Positions 1 to 10,854 are shown, counted from the first letter of the stretch. The stretch: DNA of 32,000 nt from Delftia acidovorans NBRC 14950 (GCF_001598795.1 NZ_BCZP01000012.1:120001-152000), one strand, 5' to 3'. The notes: generated by a model from the sequence alone, not told the origin. A program made the numbers and translations.

Positions 1-17
1 GCCGCGGCCCCCACCAC

Positions 18-1583
18 CTAACCCATGCGCCTTCGCAGCGCCGCGCTGGCCCAGTCCACGGCCACGGACAGTGCCAGCATGGCGATGATGACGGTGCTGG
101 CCTGGGCGTAGTGGAACAGCGACAGCTCGAAGTACAGCAGCTGCCCCAGCCCGCCCGCGCCCACGAAGCCCAGGATGGCGGCCATGCGGATGTTCATCTC
201 CCAGCGGTACAGCGTATAGGCCAGCAACTGCGGCGCGGCGCCGGGCAGCGTCGCGTAGAGGAAGGCCATGGCGCGGCCGCTGCCGGACAGGCGCAACGCT
301 TGGGTGGGGGCGGCGGGCTGGTTCTGCAGGGCCTCGGCATAGAGGCGCCCCAGCACGCCGGCCGTGTGCAGCGCCAGCGCCAGCGCGCCTGCGAACGGGC
401 CCAGGCCCACGGCCAGGGCGGTGATGGTGGCCCAGACCAGCTCGGGCACGGAGCGCAGCACGTTGAGCACCAGGCTCCAGGGAGCGCGCCAGCGCGGCAA
501 CGCCAGCAGCAGGCCCAGCACGGCCGCCAGCAAGGTGCCGACCACGGAGATGGCCAGCGTCTCCCACACGCCCACGGCCACCTTGCGCAGCCATTCGGCG
601 CTGGTGTCGGGCGGGAAGAAGCTGATGACGAATTCCAGCATGGACCGGCCCGCCGCGCCGGTGAACAGCGAGGGCAGGTCCATCTCCAGCATGGCAAAGC
701 TGGCGACCACGCCCAGCGCCAGGGCGGCGCAGGTGAGGGCGCTGCGCCAGCCCCAGGCGCTGGCACGCGCGGCGGGTGGCGTGTCCAGCGCGCGGCGCAG
801 GCCGCGCGAGAGCAGGTCTGCACCCCAGACCAGCAGCATGAAGGTCAGCAAGATGGTGCTGGCCTCGCCGCCGTTGAGCATCTTCATGGCCTGGTCCATG
901 AGCTGGCCCAGGCCGCCCGCACCCACAAAGCCCATGACCACCGAGGCGCGTATGGCGCACTCCCAGCGGTAGACGGTGTACGAGGTCAGCTCGCGCGCTG
1001 CCTGGGGCAGCAGGCCGTAGAGCATGGCCAGCGGCCGGCGCGCGCCCGCCTGCGCCAGGGCACGCGCGGGCGCGGGGTCGGCCGATTCCAGGATTTCCGC
1101 ATAGACCTTGGCCAGCATGCCGCCATAGGTCAGGCCCAGGGCCAGCACGCCGGCCGCCGGCCCCAGGCCGAAGACGCGCACGAAGACCAGGGCCCAGACC
1201 AGCTCGGGCACGCCGCGCAGGATGGTGAGCAGGCCGCGCGTGACGGGATTGAGCGCCCGCCGCTCGCGCGCGGCGCCCGTGACCAGGTAGGCCAGCGGCA
1301 CGGCCAGCACAAAGGCCAGGGCCATGCCGGCCGTGGCAATGGCCAGGGTCTCCAGCGTGGCGCGGCCCAGGTAGCCCAGGAAGTCGCGCCCGGTTTCGGG
1401 CGGAAGAAACGTGGCCAGAAAGCGGCCTATGACCTGCAGGTTGCCGGGATCGAACAGCGCGCCCAGGCTGAAGCCCGCACCCTGGAACAGCGGCCACAGT
1501 ACGACGGCGGCCAGTACCAGGGCGCCGAGGCGGCGGGGCGCGGCGGGGTCACGCAGCGCGTGCAGATCGGAACTCAACGGCAT
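18..1583 (-). CDS. phnE: Phosphonate-type ABC transporter permease, fused double PhnE-like permease (two tandem permease modules in one polypeptide)
   Basis: ORF 18..1631 minus. Two internally repeated halves each carry the motif R(G/S)VPELVWA...GLGP.AG.LAL and ...YRWE..IR...(M/L)[11 protein letters not shown]. The ATG at 1583 (MPLSSDL) overlaps the phnC stop by 10 nt, which suggests translational coupling. The upstream in-frame start at 1631 is less likely. Confidence 0.8.
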   Translation of the reverse strand: MPLSSDLHALRDPAAPRRLGALVLAAVVLWPLFQGAGFSLGALFDPGNLQVIGRFLATFLPPETGRDFLGYLGRATLETLAIATAGMALAFVLAVPLAYLVTGAARERRALNPVTRGLLTILRGVPELVWALVFVRVFGLGPAAGVLALGLTYGGMLAKVYAEILESADPAPARALAQAGARRPLAMLYGLLPQAARELTSYTVYRWECAIRASVVMGFVGAGGLGQLMDQAMKMLNGGEASTILLTFMLLVWGADLLSRGLRRALDTPPAARASAWGWRSALTCAALALGVVASFAMLEMDLPSLFTGAAGRSMLEFVISFFPPDTSAEWLRKVAVGVWETLAISVVGTLLAAVLGLLLALPRWRAPWSLVLNVLRSVPELVWATITALAVGLGPFAGALALALHTAGVLGRLYAEALQNQPAAPTQALRLSGSGRAMAFLYATLPGAAPQLLAYTLYRWEMNIRMAAILGFVGAGGLGQLLYFELSLFHYAQASTVIIAMLALSVAVDWASAALRRRMG

Positions 1584-2398
1584 GCGGATGCGGACAGCGG
1601 TGCGGCAAAGGCGGCGGGCGCGGGTGTCCACGCAGGGCGGGAGGGATCATCGCCAGGATGCTCGGACCCATACAGCGCACACAGATGTTCCTGCGTGACT
1701 TCAGCCGCCGGCAGGTCGAAGGCGATGGCGCCATCGCGGATGCCCACGATGCGCGCAAAGCAGGCCAGCGCCAGGTCCACGGCATGCAGGCTGGCGACCA
1801 GGGTGGCGCCGCGCGCGGCCGCTTCGTGCACCAGCAGTTGCACGGTGGACAGGGCCAGGGCCGGGTCCAGCGCGGCCACGGGCTCGTCGGCCAGGATGAG
1901 CTCGGCCTGCTGGTAGAGCACGCGGGCGATGCCCACGCGCTGCAGCTGCCCGCCAGAGAGCTGGTCGCAGCGCGCGAACAGCTTGTCTGCCAGCTGCACG
2001 CGGGCCAGGGCCTCGCATGCGCCAGCGGTGTCCTGTGGGTACAGCAGCGAAGCCAGCGCCTTCCAGGCCGGCCACCGGCCCAGCCGCCCGGCCAGCACGG
2101 CCGTGACCACGCGCTGGCGCGGCGGTATGGGCGGCGCCTGGTGCACCGTGCCGATGCGCGCGCGCAGCAGCCGGGGAGCACCTGCGCTGGACGCAGGCAC
2201 CTCGTCGCCCAGCACGCTGCGCCGGCCCTGGCTGGGCGCCAGCGCCGTGCCGATGACGGACAGCAGCGTGGTCTTGCCCGCGCCCGAGGGGCCGATCAGC
2301 GCAATGGCCTCGCCCTGGCGTGCGGCCAGCGTCACGCCGCGCAGCGCAATGCCGCCGCCGGCGTGGGTCAGGCCCACGCCTTCCAGTTCAAAGCTCAT
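1574..2398 (-). CDS. phnC: Phosphonate-type ABC transporter ATP-binding protein
   Basis: Walker [13 protein letters not shown] signature [13 protein letters not shown] and Walker [13 protein letters not shown] are all present. It lies between the PhnD-like and PhnE-like genes on the same strand. Confidence 0.85.
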   Translation of the reverse strand: MSFELEGVGLTHAGGGIALRGVTLAARQGEAIALIGPSGAGKTTLLSVIGTALAPSQGRRSVLGDEVPASSAGAPRLLRARIGTVHQAPPIPPRQRVVTAVLAGRLGRWPAWKALASLLYPQDTAGACEALARVQLADKLFARCDQLSGGQLQRVGIARVLYQQAELILADEPVAALDPALALSTVQLLVHEAAARGATLVASLHAVDLALACFARIVGIRDGAIAFDLPAAEVTQEHLCALYGSEHPGDDPSRPAWTPAPAAFAAPLSASACR

Positions 2399-2417
2399 GG
2401 ATTGCGCCTGCTGCGGC

Positions 2418-3302
2418 CTACTTGAGCAGGCCGGCCGACCTGGCGGCAGCCTCGATGCCTTCGTAGTTCGAGGCCTGGGTGGGCACGAAGCGCGCGGCGC
2501 GCTGCAGCTCCAGGATGGCCTTGTGCTCGGGCTTGGCCGGGTCCAGCGCCAGGAAGGCGTCGGTCAGCTTCTTGACCAGGGCCGGGTCCAGGTCGCCGCG
2601 CACGGTCCAGTTGTAGTCGAAGTAGGGCGGCGTGGTGGCGAACACGCGCACCTTGCTGGTATCGACCTTCTTGGTCTCCACCAGCTTGTCCCAGACCGAT
2701 GCGTTGAGCACGCCGGCCTCGGCCTTGCCTGCGGCCACGAAGGCCACGGTGGCGTCATGCGCGCCGGAGAAGGCCACGGTCTTGAAGTCCTTCTCGGGGT
2801 TGATGCCGTCCTGCTGCAGGAAAAAGCGCGGCATCAGGCTGCCTGAGGTGGACGAGGGCGCGCCAAAGGCGAAGCTCTTGCCCTTGAGGTCGGCCAGGGT
2901 CTTGATGGCGGGGTTGGCCGTGATGAACTTGGAGGTGAACTTGGCGTCTTCCTCGCGCTGCACGATGGGGATGGCCGTGCCGTTGGTGCGGATCTTGGCC
3001 TGCACGAAGGTGAAGCCGCCCAGCCAGGCCAGGTCCAGCTTGCGCGTGGCCAGCGACTCGACCACGGCGGCGTAGTCGGTCACGGGCGTGAACACCACCT
3101 TCATGCCGGTCTGGGCCGAGAGGTACTTGCCCAGCGGCTCGAACTTGCGCTGCAGCTCGGTGGGGGCTTCATCCGGGATGGCCGAGACGCGCAGCACGGC
3201 GGGTTCGGCGGCCAGCGCAGGCAGGCTGGACAGGGTGGAGGCGGCCAGCACGCAGGCAGCCGCCTGGCGCAGCGCCGAGCGGCGCGCAGGAATGTGGTTC
3301 AT
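2418..3302 (-). CDS. phnD: PhnD-family periplasmic substrate-binding protein (phosphate/phosphite/phosphonate class; true ligand not determinable)
   Basis: Start chosen at the ATG at 3302 ([22 protein letters not shown]...ALAAEP), which gives a signal peptide and has GGAG 7 nt upstream. The body (LRVSAIPDE...[12 protein letters not shown]...[16 protein letters not shown]) is PhnD-like. The ORF track extends in frame to 3599, but that extension is Arg/Pro/Gly-rich and unlikely to be translated. Confidence 0.8.
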   Translation of the reverse strand: MNHIPARRSALRQAAACVLAASTLSSLPALAAEPAVLRVSAIPDEAPTELQRKFEPLGKYLSAQTGMKVVFTPVTDYAAVVESLATRKLDLAWLGGFTFVQAKIRTNGTAIPIVQREEDAKFTSKFITANPAIKTLADLKGKSFAFGAPSSTSGSLMPRFFLQQDGINPEKDFKTVAFSGAHDATVAFVAAGKAEAGVLNASVWDKLVETKKVDTSKVRVFATTPPYFDYNWTVRGDLDPALVKKLTDAFLALDPAKPEHKAILELQRAARFVPTQASNYEGIEAAARSAGLLK

Positions 3303-3325
3303 GGATGAGCTCCGTTCAATCAGCC

Positions 3326-3349
3326 ACCGCCGTCCGGATACACGGCGGT
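3326..3349 (-). other. Stable hairpin in the putative phnD 5' leader (8-bp stem ACCGCCGT/ACGGCGGT)
   Basis: Inverted repeat read directly from the sequence: accgccgt-ccggatac-acggcggt. Confidence 0.5.
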
Positions 3350-3355
3350 TTAATG

Positions 3356-3378
3356 GGCGCCCGGGATGACCGGGCGCC
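3356..3378 (-). other. Stable all-GC hairpin in the putative phnD 5' leader (9-bp stem GGCGCCCGG/CCGGGCGCC, 5-nt loop)
   Basis: Perfect inverted repeat ggcgcccgg-gatga-ccgggcgcc read directly from the sequence. Confidence 0.5.
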
Positions 3379-3578
3379 GAAGGTACAAGGGCGGTACACC
3401 GACCGCTGAGGCTGCATTGTAGGGAGCGGGCTTTTCCGTTGGGGACGTCAGGCATGAGCGCCGGACCTGCGGGCACAGCGCTGCCGCCGATCTTTTTCCC
3501 GCGTGCGCTGCGTTTGTGCACCGCCTGGGGCCTTGCCTGGCCGGGGACTTGAGCATGCGTTGCACCAAAACATCCATG

Positions 3579-3593
3579 ATTGGTCTGACCAAT
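3579..3593. promoter_or_regulatory. Candidate LldR (FadR-subfamily GntR) operator, distal site: ATTGGT-CTG-ACCAAT
   Basis: Perfect palindrome containing the TGGT-N3-ACCA core typical of FadR-subfamily GntR operators. It lies in the AT-richer part of the intergenic region upstream of the lactate operon. Confidence 0.55.
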
Positions 3594-3703
3594 AAACATC
3601 GTGGTGCATTATCTGCACTCTTTTAGGTGTTTACCCTGTTCATCTGCCCACTTGAAAGCTCTGAGAATCGCACCACTTCGCGCAATGGTCTGAATTTTGG
3701 TTT

Positions 3704-3720
3704 AATTGGTTGGACCAATT
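3704..3720. promoter_or_regulatory. Candidate LldR operator, proximal site: AATTGGT-TGG-ACCAATT
   Basis: Palindrome with 7-bp arms and the same TGGT-N3-ACCA core. Its centre is 126 bp from the distal site. It lies 166 bp upstream of the lldP ATG. Confidence 0.55.
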
Positions 3721-3885
3721 TGCCAATGGCCCACAAGGCGCCAGCGCGGGGAACACTCCCGGTCACCGTTGCAGCCAGCCAGCAGACATCCAGTGCGGAT
3801 CGCACCGCATGCCAACGCTGTAACGAGAGGGAGTGGCCGACAAGGGGCGCTTACCGCGCCCTCCCCATCATCTAGAGACACGGTC

Positions 3886-5568
3886 ATGCAAACCATCTGG
3901 CAGCAGAACTACGATCCCGCCGGGAACATCTGGATCTCGGCGCTGATCGCGCTGATTCCCATCATCTTTTTCTTCCTGGCGCTGACCAGGTTCCGTCTCA
4001 AGGGCTACCAGGCCGGCACCGTCACCGTGGCGCTGGCGCTGGGCGTGGCGCTGCTGTTCTACAAGATGCCAGTGAGCGCGGCGCTGGCCTCGGCCGTGTA
4101 CGGCTTCTTCTACGGCCTGTGGCCCATTGCCTGGATCATCGTGGCGGCCGTGTTCCTCTACAAGATTTCGGTCAAGACGGGGCAGTTCGACGTGATCCGC
4201 TCGTCCATCCTGTCGGTCACGCCCGACCAGCGGCTGCAGCTCATCCTGGTGGGCTTTTGCTTCGGCGCCTTCCTGGAGGGTGCGGCCGGCTTCGGCGCGC
4301 CCGTGGCCATCACGGCCGCGCTGCTGGTGGGCCTGGGCTTCAAGCCGCTTTATGCGGCCGGGCTGTGCCTGATCGCCAACACGGCGCCCGTGGCCTTCGG
4401 CGCCATGGGCATTCCCATCATCGTGGCCGGGCAGGTCTCGGGCGTGGATGCATTCGCCATCGGCCAGATGGCCGGCCGCCAGCTGCCCTTCATGACCGTG
4501 CTCGTGCTGTTCTGGCTGATGGCCATCATGGACGGCTGGCGCGGCGTCAAGGAAACCTGGCCCGCCGTGCTGGTGGGCGGCGGCTCCTTCGCCGTGGTGC
4601 AGTTCCTCACGGCCAACTACATCGGCCCCGAGCTGCCGGACATCACCTCGGCCATCGTCTCGCTGGTGGCGCTGACGCTGTTCCTCAAGGTCTGGCAGCC
4701 CAAGCGCATCTTCCGTTTCGACACGGAAGGCGAGGGCGGCAAGGCTGCGGCAGTTGCAGCACCGGCCATCACCTCCGGCGCACCGCTGACAGCAGGCGCC
4801 GTCATCAAGGCCTGGTCGCCCTTCATCATCCTCACGGCCATGGTGACGATCTGGAGCATCAAGCCCTTCAAGGCGCTGTTCGCCGCAGGCGGCCCGCTGG
4901 CCTCCACCGTCATCAACATCCCCGTGCCCTTCCTGCACAACCTGGTGGAGAAGACGCCGCCCGTCGTGGCCGCCGCTGCGCCCTACGGCGCGGTCTACAC
5001 CTTCAACTGGCTGCTGGCCACCGGCACGGCCATCCTGATCGCGGCGCTGATCACCATCACCTTCACGCGTCTGTCTCCCGCCAAGGCCGTGGCCACGCTG
5101 GGCGAGACCTTCAGGGAACTGGCCGTGCCGATCTACTCCATCGGCATGGTGCTGGCCTTCGCCTTCGTGGCCAACTACTCGGGCCTGTCGGCCACGCTGG
5201 CCCTGGCGCTGGCGCACACGGGGCAGGCGTTCACGTTCTTCTCGCCCTTCCTGGGCTGGATCGGCGTGTTCCTGACGGGCTCGGACACCTCGGCCAACGC
5301 GCTGTTCGCCGCGCTGCAGGCCACCACGGCGCAGCAGCTGGGCCTGCCCCAGGTGCTCACGGTGGCGGCCAACACCACGGGCGGCGTGACGGGCAAGATG
5401 ATCTCGCCCCAGTCCATCGCCATTGCCTGCGCGGCCGTGGGCCTGGCAGGCCGCGAGTCGGACCTGTTCCGCTTCACGGTCAAGCACAGCCTGATGTTCG
5501 CCGTGATCATCGGGGTGATCACGACGCTGCAAGCCTATGTGTTTACGTGGATGATTCCTGGTCACTGA
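3886..5568 (+). CDS. lldP: L-lactate permease (LctP/LldP family)
   Basis: Starts [30 protein letters not shown], the typical LctP N-terminus, and is polytopic and hydrophobic throughout. The ATG at 3886 is in frame within ORF 3706..5568. The upstream extension is Arg/Pro-rich junk. Confidence 0.9.
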   Translation: MQTIWQQNYDPAGNIWISALIALIPIIFFFLALTRFRLKGYQAGTVTVALALGVALLFYKMPVSAALASAVYGFFYGLWPIAWIIVAAVFLYKISVKTGQFDVIRSSILSVTPDQRLQLILVGFCFGAFLEGAAGFGAPVAITAALLVGLGFKPLYAAGLCLIANTAPVAFGAMGIPIIVAGQVSGVDAFAIGQMAGRQLPFMTVLVLFWLMAIMDGWRGVKETWPAVLVGGGSFAVVQFLTANYIGPELPDITSAIVSLVALTLFLKVWQPKRIFRFDTEGEGGKAAAVAAPAITSGAPLTAGAVIKAWSPFIILTAMVTIWSIKPFKALFAAGGPLASTVINIPVPFLHNLVEKTPPVVAAAAPYGAVYTFNWLLATGTAILIAALITITFTRLSPAKAVATLGETFRELAVPIYSIGMVLAFAFVANYSGLSATLALALAHTGQAFTFFSPFLGWIGVFLTGSDTSANALFAALQATTAQQLGLPQVLTVAANTTGGVTGKMISPQSIAIACAAVGLAGRESDLFRFTVKHSLMFAVIIGVITTLQAYVFTWMIPGH

Positions 5569-5588
5569 AAACACCAGAGAGTTCCCCC

Positions 5589-6395
5589 ATGCGCGTTGCC
5601 GATCAAGTTGTCGAGAAATTGCTTGCCCTGGTGCAGGCCAGCGGAGTGCAGCCCGGACAGCGGCTGCCCGCGGAACGGCAACTGGCGGCCGAGCTGGGTG
5701 TCTCGCGCACCTCGGTGCGGGAGGCCATACAGAAACTCACCAGCCAGGGCGTGCTGGTGGCGCGGCGCGGCGATGGCACTTACCTGCAGGAGCCGGCGCC
5801 GGCTGCCGAGCCTGCGGACTGGCTCAAGGACGCCATGCGGCCGCTGGCCGGCCTGATGGAGTCCGACTCCCACTACCGCTACGACGTGCTGGAAACCCGC
5901 CATGCGCTGGAGACCAGCACGGCCTGGCTGGCCGCCCAGCGCGCCACGGAGCGCGACAAGGACCATATCCAGCGCTGCTTCGAGGTGATGATCCAGCACC
6001 AGCAAAGCGGCCACGCCGAGCTGGCGGCGCGTGCCGATGCGCAGTTCCACCTGGCCATTGCCGAGGCCTCGCACAACCTGGTGCTGGTGCAGGTCATGCA
6101 CAGCCTGTTCACCGTGGTGCTGTCCACGGTGGAGCGCAACCGCCACGACATGTTCCGCCTGAGCGCGCCCCAGACCCTGCAGGAGCTGACCGTGCAGCAC
6201 CAGAGCCTCATGCAGGCCATCCTGGACGGCGACCCGCAGCGCGCCCGCGAATGCATCGGTGAGCACCTGGAGCATGTGCGCACCACCATCCAGCGCCTGG
6301 ACGAGGACCGCGCGCGGCGCGAGCGCTCCATGCGGCTGCCTCTGGACGCTGCGCCCGCGCTGCTGCCCACTTCAGACCTGATACGAAAGACATGA
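5589..6395 (+). CDS. lldR: GntR/FadR-family transcriptional regulator of lactate utilisation
   Basis: N-terminal winged HTH ([41 protein letters not shown]) followed by an FCD-type C-terminal domain. It is embedded between lldP and lldD. GAGAG lies about 8 nt upstream of the ATG at 5589. Confidence 0.85.
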   Translation: MRVADQVVEKLLALVQASGVQPGQRLPAERQLAAELGVSRTSVREAIQKLTSQGVLVARRGDGTYLQEPAPAAEPADWLKDAMRPLAGLMESDSHYRYDVLETRHALETSTAWLAAQRATERDKDHIQRCFEVMIQHQQSGHAELAARADAQFHLAIAEASHNLVLVQVMHSLFTVVLSTVERNRHDMFRLSAPQTLQELTVQHQSLMQAILDGDPQRARECIGEHLEHVRTTIQRLDEDRARRERSMRLPLDAAPALLPTSDLIRKT

Positions 6396-6405
6396 GACAC
6401 CCATC

Positions 6406-7545
6406 ATGATCATCTCCTCCACCTCCGACTACCGTGCGGCGGCGCAAAAGCGCCTGCCGCCTTTCCTGTTCCACTACATCGACGGCGGCGCCTATGCCGA
6501 GCAGACGCTGCGCCGCAATGTGGAAGACCTGGCCGCCGTGGCGCTGCGCCAGCGCGTGCTCAAGGACATGAGCCGGCTGGACACCAGCATCGAGCTGTTC
6601 GGCGAGAAGCTGTCTATCCCCGTGGCGCTGTCGCCCGTGGGCCTGACGGGCATGTACCGCCGCCGTGGCGAGGTGCAGGCCGCACGCGCGGCCGACGCCC
6701 ATGGCATTCCTTTCACCATGTCCACGGTCTCGGTCTGCCCCATCGAAGAGGTGGCGCCCAAGATCAAGCGCCCCATGTGGTTCCAGCTCTATGTGCTCAA
6801 GGACCGGGGCTTCATGCAGAACGCGCTGGAGCGCGCCCAGGCGGCCGGCTGCTCCACCCTGGTCTTCACCGTGGACATGCCCGTGCCCGGCGCGCGCTAC
6901 CGCGATGCGCATTCGGGCATGAGCGGCCCGAATGCCGCCATGCGCCGCTACTGGCAGTCGGTCACGCATCCGGCCTGGTCCATGGACGTGGGCCTGCTGG
7001 GCCGCCCGCATGACCTGGGCAACATCTCGGCCTACCGGGGCAGCCCCACGGGCTTGGCCGACTACATCGGCTGGCTGGGCGCCAACTTCGATCCCTCCAT
7101 CTCCTGGAAGGATCTCGAATGGATACGTGCCTTCTGGAAGGGCCCCATGGTCATCAAGGGCATCCTGGACCCCGAGGACGCCAAGGACGCCGTGCGCTTT
7201 GGCGCCGACGGCATCATCGTCTCCAACCATGGCGGCCGCCAGCTCGACGGCGTGCTGTCCTCGGCCCGCGCGCTGCCGGCCATTGCCGATGCGGTCAAGG
7301 GCCAGATCAAGATCCTGGCCGACTCCGGCATCCGCAACGGCCTGGACGTGGTGCGCGCCATCGCCCTGGGCGCCGACTGCGCCATGATCGGCCGCGCCTT
7401 CATCTACGCCCTGGCCACCTCCGGCGAGGCAGGCGTCAAGCACCTGCTGGAACTATTGGAAAAGGAAATGCGCGTGGCCATGACGCTGACCAGCGTGAGC
7501 AAGGTATCCGACATCACCGGCGACCTGCTGGTGCGCCAGCCATGA
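6406..7545 (+). CDS. lldD: FMN-dependent L-lactate dehydrogenase (alpha-hydroxyacid oxidase family)
   Basis: N-terminus [38 protein letters not shown] is characteristic, and the body ([20 protein letters not shown]) matches LldD. Confidence 0.9.
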   Translation: MIISSTSDYRAAAQKRLPPFLFHYIDGGAYAEQTLRRNVEDLAAVALRQRVLKDMSRLDTSIELFGEKLSIPVALSPVGLTGMYRRRGEVQAARAADAHGIPFTMSTVSVCPIEEVAPKIKRPMWFQLYVLKDRGFMQNALERAQAAGCSTLVFTVDMPVPGARYRDAHSGMSGPNAAMRRYWQSVTHPAWSMDVGLLGRPHDLGNISAYRGSPTGLADYIGWLGANFDPSISWKDLEWIRAFWKGPMVIKGILDPEDAKDAVRFGADGIIVSNHGGRQLDGVLSSARALPAIADAVKGQIKILADSGIRNGLDVVRAIALGADCAMIGRAFIYALATSGEAGVKHLLELLEKEMRVAMTLTSVSKVSDITGDLLVRQP

Positions 7546-9302
7546 GCGCGCTGCAGACTCCGGTCGTCTCCCGCGAGGCCCTGCTGCTGCAGTTGCGCGA
7601 AGCCGTGGGCACCGCCCATGTGCTCACCGACGACCAGGCCACGCGCCGCTTTCGCAAGGGCCACCGCACGGGCGAAGGGCCGGTGCTGGCCGTGGTGCGG
7701 CCCGCGACGCTGCTGGAGCAGTGGAAGGTGGTGCAGGCCGCCGTGGCGGCCGGGCGCATCGTCATCATGCAGGCCGCCAACACGGGCCTGACGGGCGGCT
7801 CCACGCCCGACGGCGCGGACTACGACCGCGAGATCGTGCTCATCAACACCTTGCGCATCACCGGCGTGCAGGTCATTGGCGGCGGCGCCCAGGTGGTCTG
7901 CCTGCCCGGCGCCACGCTGGACCGGCTGGAGCAGGCGCTGGCACCGCTGGGGCGCGAGCCGCATTCGGTGATCGGCTCGTCGTGCATCGGCGCCTCGGTG
8001 CTGGGCGGCATCTGCAACAACTCGGGCGGCGCCCTGGTGCGGCGCGGCCCGGCTTACACCGAGCTGGCGCTGTACGCGCGCGTCTGCGACGACGGCTCGC
8101 TGGAACTCGTCAACCACCTGGGCATCGCCCTGGGCCGCACGCCCGAGGAAATCCTCACGCGGCTGCAAAACGGCGACTACACCGAAGCCGACATCGCACA
8201 CGATGCGCAGCGCGCCGCCTCCGACCCGCGCTACGCCGAGGCCGTGCGCGCCGTGGACGAGGACACGCCCGCGCGCTTCAACGCCGACCCTTCGCGCCTG
8301 TTCGAGGCCTCGGGCTCGGCCGGCAAGCTGTGCCTGTTCGCCGTGCGGCTGGACACCTTTCCCAAGGAGCCCAGCACCGTCTTCTATATAGGCAGCAATG
8401 CGCCCGACGACCTCACGGCCGTGCGCCGCGAGCTGCTGACCGCGCTGCCGCGCCTGCCGATCGCGGGCGAGTACATCCACCGCACGGCCTACGACATCGG
8501 CGAGAAATACGGCAAGGACACCTTCCTGCTGATCGACCGCTTCGGCACGGCCAGGGTGCCGGCCGCCTTCGCCCTCAAGAGCCGCGTGGACGGCTTCTTC
8601 GAGCGCTTCGGCCTGCGCGGCGTCACCGACCGCGTGATCCAGGCGCTGACCAACCTGCTGCCCAGCCACCTGCCCGCGCGCATGCGCCAGTGGCGCGACC
8701 GCTACGAGCACCACCTGCTGGTGCGCGTGTCCAACGACACGGCCGAGGCCACGCGTGAATTCCTCACGCGGCACTTCAGCGGCAGCACCACGGGCGGCTG
8801 GTTCGAGTGCGATGCCGACGAGGGGCGCAAGGCCTTCCTGCACCGCTTCGCCATCGCGGGCGCGGCCATCCGCTACCGCGAGGTGCACCGCGCCCAGGTC
8901 GAGGACATCGTGGCCCTGGACGTGGCCCTGCGCCGCAACGACCGCGAATGGGTGGAGCAGCTGCCCGCCGAGGTCGAGCGCGACATGGTCCACAAGCTCT
9001 ACTACGGCCACTTCTTCTGCCATGTCTTCCACCAGGACTACATCGTCAAGAAGGGCGTGGACCCGCTGGCCATGGAGCACCGCATGTGGGAACTGCTGGA
9101 CGCGCGCCGCGCCGAGTACCCGGCCGAGCACAACGTGGGCCACCTGTACGTGGCCAAGCCTGCCCTGGCGGGCTTCTACCGCGAACTGGACCCGACCAAC
9201 ACCTTCAACCCCGGCATAGGCCACACCTCGCGCAAGCTGGGCTGGGAGGAGTGCTGCGACCGGCCGGGGGGATGGCCCAAGGGGTACTCGGAGGCCTCCT
9301 GA
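7542..9302 (+). CDS. dld: Quinone-dependent FAD D-lactate dehydrogenase
   Basis: The 586-aa product begins at an ATG that overlaps the lldD stop (ATGA at 7542-7545). Contains [47 protein letters not shown] and EHNVGHLY, as in E. coli-type Dld. Confidence 0.9.
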   Translation: MSALQTPVVSREALLLQLREAVGTAHVLTDDQATRRFRKGHRTGEGPVLAVVRPATLLEQWKVVQAAVAAGRIVIMQAANTGLTGGSTPDGADYDREIVLINTLRITGVQVIGGGAQVVCLPGATLDRLEQALAPLGREPHSVIGSSCIGASVLGGICNNSGGALVRRGPAYTELALYARVCDDGSLELVNHLGIALGRTPEEILTRLQNGDYTEADIAHDAQRAASDPRYAEAVRAVDEDTPARFNADPSRLFEASGSAGKLCLFAVRLDTFPKEPSTVFYIGSNAPDDLTAVRRELLTALPRLPIAGEYIHRTAYDIGEKYGKDTFLLIDRFGTARVPAAFALKSRVDGFFERFGLRGVTDRVIQALTNLLPSHLPARMRQWRDRYEHHLLVRVSNDTAEATREFLTRHFSGSTTGGWFECDADEGRKAFLHRFAIAGAAIRYREVHRAQVEDIVALDVALRRNDREWVEQLPAEVERDMVHKLYYGHFFCHVFHQDYIVKKGVDPLAMEHRMWELLDARRAEYPAEHNVGHLYVAKPALAGFYRELDPTNTFNPGIGHTSRKLGWEECCDRPGGWPKGYSEAS

Positions 9303-9313
9303 AGCCAGGTGCA

Positions 9314-9336
9314 GGCGGGCCAGGGAGCGGCCCGCC
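9314..9336. terminator. Hairpin between convergent dld and the aldehyde dehydrogenase gene (possible bidirectional terminator)
   Basis: 8-bp GC stem GGCGGGCC/GGCCCGCC with a 7-nt loop, sitting in the 43-bp gap between two convergent stop codons. There is no clear U-tract. Confidence 0.45.
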
Positions 9337-9345
9337 GTATCCGAC

Positions 9346-10854
9346 TCACAGATTGATGAACACCGACTTGGTCTCCAGGTAGGCATCCAGCGCGGTGCGG
9401 CCCATGTCGCGGCCCATGCCGGACTGCTTGTAGCCGCCGAAGGGCATGCCCGGGTCCAGGGTGCTGTGGCAGTTGACCCAGACCGTGCCGGACTGGATCT
9501 TGGGGATCAGCCGGTGGACCTTGGACAGGTTGTTGGACCAGATGCTGGCGCCCAGGCCGTAGGGCGTGTCGTTGGCCCAGGCGGCGACTTCGTCCAGGTC
9601 GTCATAGGGCATGGCCACGAGCACGGGGCCGAAGATTTCCTCGCGGGCCACGCGGTGGTCGTGCTGCACGCCGGTCATCACCGTGGGCTGCACGAAGTAG
9701 CCGCGCTGGCCTGCGCGGGCGCCGCCCGTCACCACCTCGGCGCCCTGGCTGCGGCCTATGTCGATGTAGCTGCAGACGCGCTCCATCTGCTCCTGCGAGA
9801 CCAGCGGGCCCATCTGCGCGCTGGGGTCCAGGCCATGGCCCAGGGTGAGCTGGGCGGCTTGGTCGGCCACGTCGGCCACCACGCGGTCGAACATGCTCTT
9901 GTGCACGTACAGGCGCGAGCCCGCGCAGCAGACCTGGCCATGGTTGAAGAAGATGGCATTGGCCGCACCCGCCGCAGCCGTGGCGGGATCGCAGTCGTCC
10001 AGCACGATGACGGGGGACTTGCCGCCCAGCTCCAGCGTGATGCGCGTCATGTTGTCCATGCAGGCATGGCCGATGAGCTTGCCCACCTCGGTCGAGCCCG
10101 TGAAGCTGACCTTGTTGACCAGCGGGTGCGAGACCAGGGGCGCGCCCGTGCCGGGGCCGTCGCCCGTGACCACGTTGAACACGCCGGGCGGAAAGCCCGC
10201 TTCCTGGATCAGCTCGGCCAGCATCAGCGCGGTCAGCGGCGTCTGCTCGGCGGGCTTGAGCACGAGGGTGCAGCCGGCGGCCAGCGCGGGCGCCAGCTTC
10301 CAGGTGGCCATGAGCAGGGGGAAGTTCCAGGGCACGACGGCGGCAACCACGCCCACGGGCTCGCGCCGGGTGTAGGTGAACATCTGCGCCTCGGGCGCGA
10401 AGGGCACGGAGTGCTCGTGCGTCATGCCCTCGATCTTGGTGGCCCAGCCGGCCATGTAGCGGATGGAGTCGATGGCCATGGCGATGTCCACGGCGCGCGC
10501 AATGGCGGCGGACTTGCCGTTGTCCAGCGATTCGACCTCGGCCAGGGCCTGGGCATGGGTCTCCATGAGATCGGCCAGGCGCAGCATCAGGCGCTCGCGC
10601 TCCACGGGGCGCATGCGGCCCCAGGGGCCCAGGTGCAGCGCGCGGTGCGCGGCGCGCACGGCCAGGTCCACGTCGGCCGGGCCTGCGCTGGCGACTTCGG
10701 CGATCACGGCCTCGGTGGCCGGGTTGACGGTGGACAGGCGCTGGCCGGTCTGGGCTGCCACCCATTGGCCGTCGATGAAGAGGTCATGCGTGCCCCGGTT
10801 GAGGAAGGCGCTGGCGCGCTCGGTGATCTGGTGCTGGATGTCGCTGAGGTTCAT
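9346..10854 (-). CDS. NAD(P)+-dependent aldehyde dehydrogenase
   Basis: Contains ELGGKSP, the catalytic-Cys motif FFNHGQVCCAGSR, and VTGDGPGTGAPL. AAGGAG lies upstream of the ATG. It is the last gene in the alcohol oxidation cluster. Confidence 0.9.
   Translation of the reverse strand: MNLSDIQHQITERASAFLNRGTHDLFIDGQWVAAQTGQRLSTVNPATEAVIAEVASAGPADVDLAVRAAHRALHLGPWGRMRPVERERLMLRLADLMETHAQALAEVESLDNGKSAAIARAVDIAMAIDSIRYMAGWATKIEGMTHEHSVPFAPEAQMFTYTRREPVGVVAAVVPWNFPLLMATWKLAPALAAGCTLVLKPAEQTPLTALMLAELIQEAGFPPGVFNVVTGDGPGTGAPLVSHPLVNKVSFTGSTEVGKLIGHACMDNMTRITLELGGKSPVIVLDDCDPATAAAGAANAIFFNHGQVCCAGSRLYVHKSMFDRVVADVADQAAQLTLGHGLDPSAQMGPLVSQEQMERVCSYIDIGRSQGAEVVTGGARAGQRGYFVQPTVMTGVQHDHRVAREEIFGPVLVAMPYDDLDEVAAWANDTPYGLGASIWSNNLSKVHRLIPKIQSGTVWVNCHSTLDPGMPFGGYKQSGMGRDMGRTALDAYLETKSVFINL

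Noticed and set aside
111-1916. A 601-aa + strand ORF. Similar long shadow ORFs occur at 3868..5574(-), 7404..9386(-), 16391..17785(-), 18660..20156(-), 22047..23615(-), 23619..25367(-), 24814..25743(-), 27954..29834(-) and 29431..31566(-).
   Set aside because: All are antisense or out of frame to genes with strong motif support. All have Arg/Gly/Ala/His/Pro-dominated, repetitive translations and no recognisable domains, so I treat them as GC-driven artefacts.
3382-3398. Direct repeat GGTACA-N5-GGTACA with 11-bp periodicity, Pho-box-like on the minus strand (TGTACC-N5-TGTACC), upstream of phnD.
   Set aside because: It is only a partial match to the CTGTCAT-N4-CTGTCAT Pho box. The nearest -10-like hexamer lies about 26 nt downstream, which is too far for a PhoB-dependent promoter. 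I cannot support it without a PWM scan.
3350-3592. An 80-aa minus-strand ORF in the phnD/lldP intergenic region.
   Set aside because: It has a non-ATG start inside the LldR operator palindrome. It uses many codons that are rare for this genome (AGA, AGG, GGA, GTA, TCA). Its third-position GC is visibly lower than in real genes, and the product is Arg/Pro/Cys-rich. It is probably non-coding.
3303-3599. In-frame N-terminal extension of phnD up to 3599 (a 393-aa version).
   Set aside because: The extension has no signal peptide or domain character, would bury the real signal peptide internally, and runs across the hairpins and the LldR operator. The internal ATG at 3302 has a GGAG RBS.
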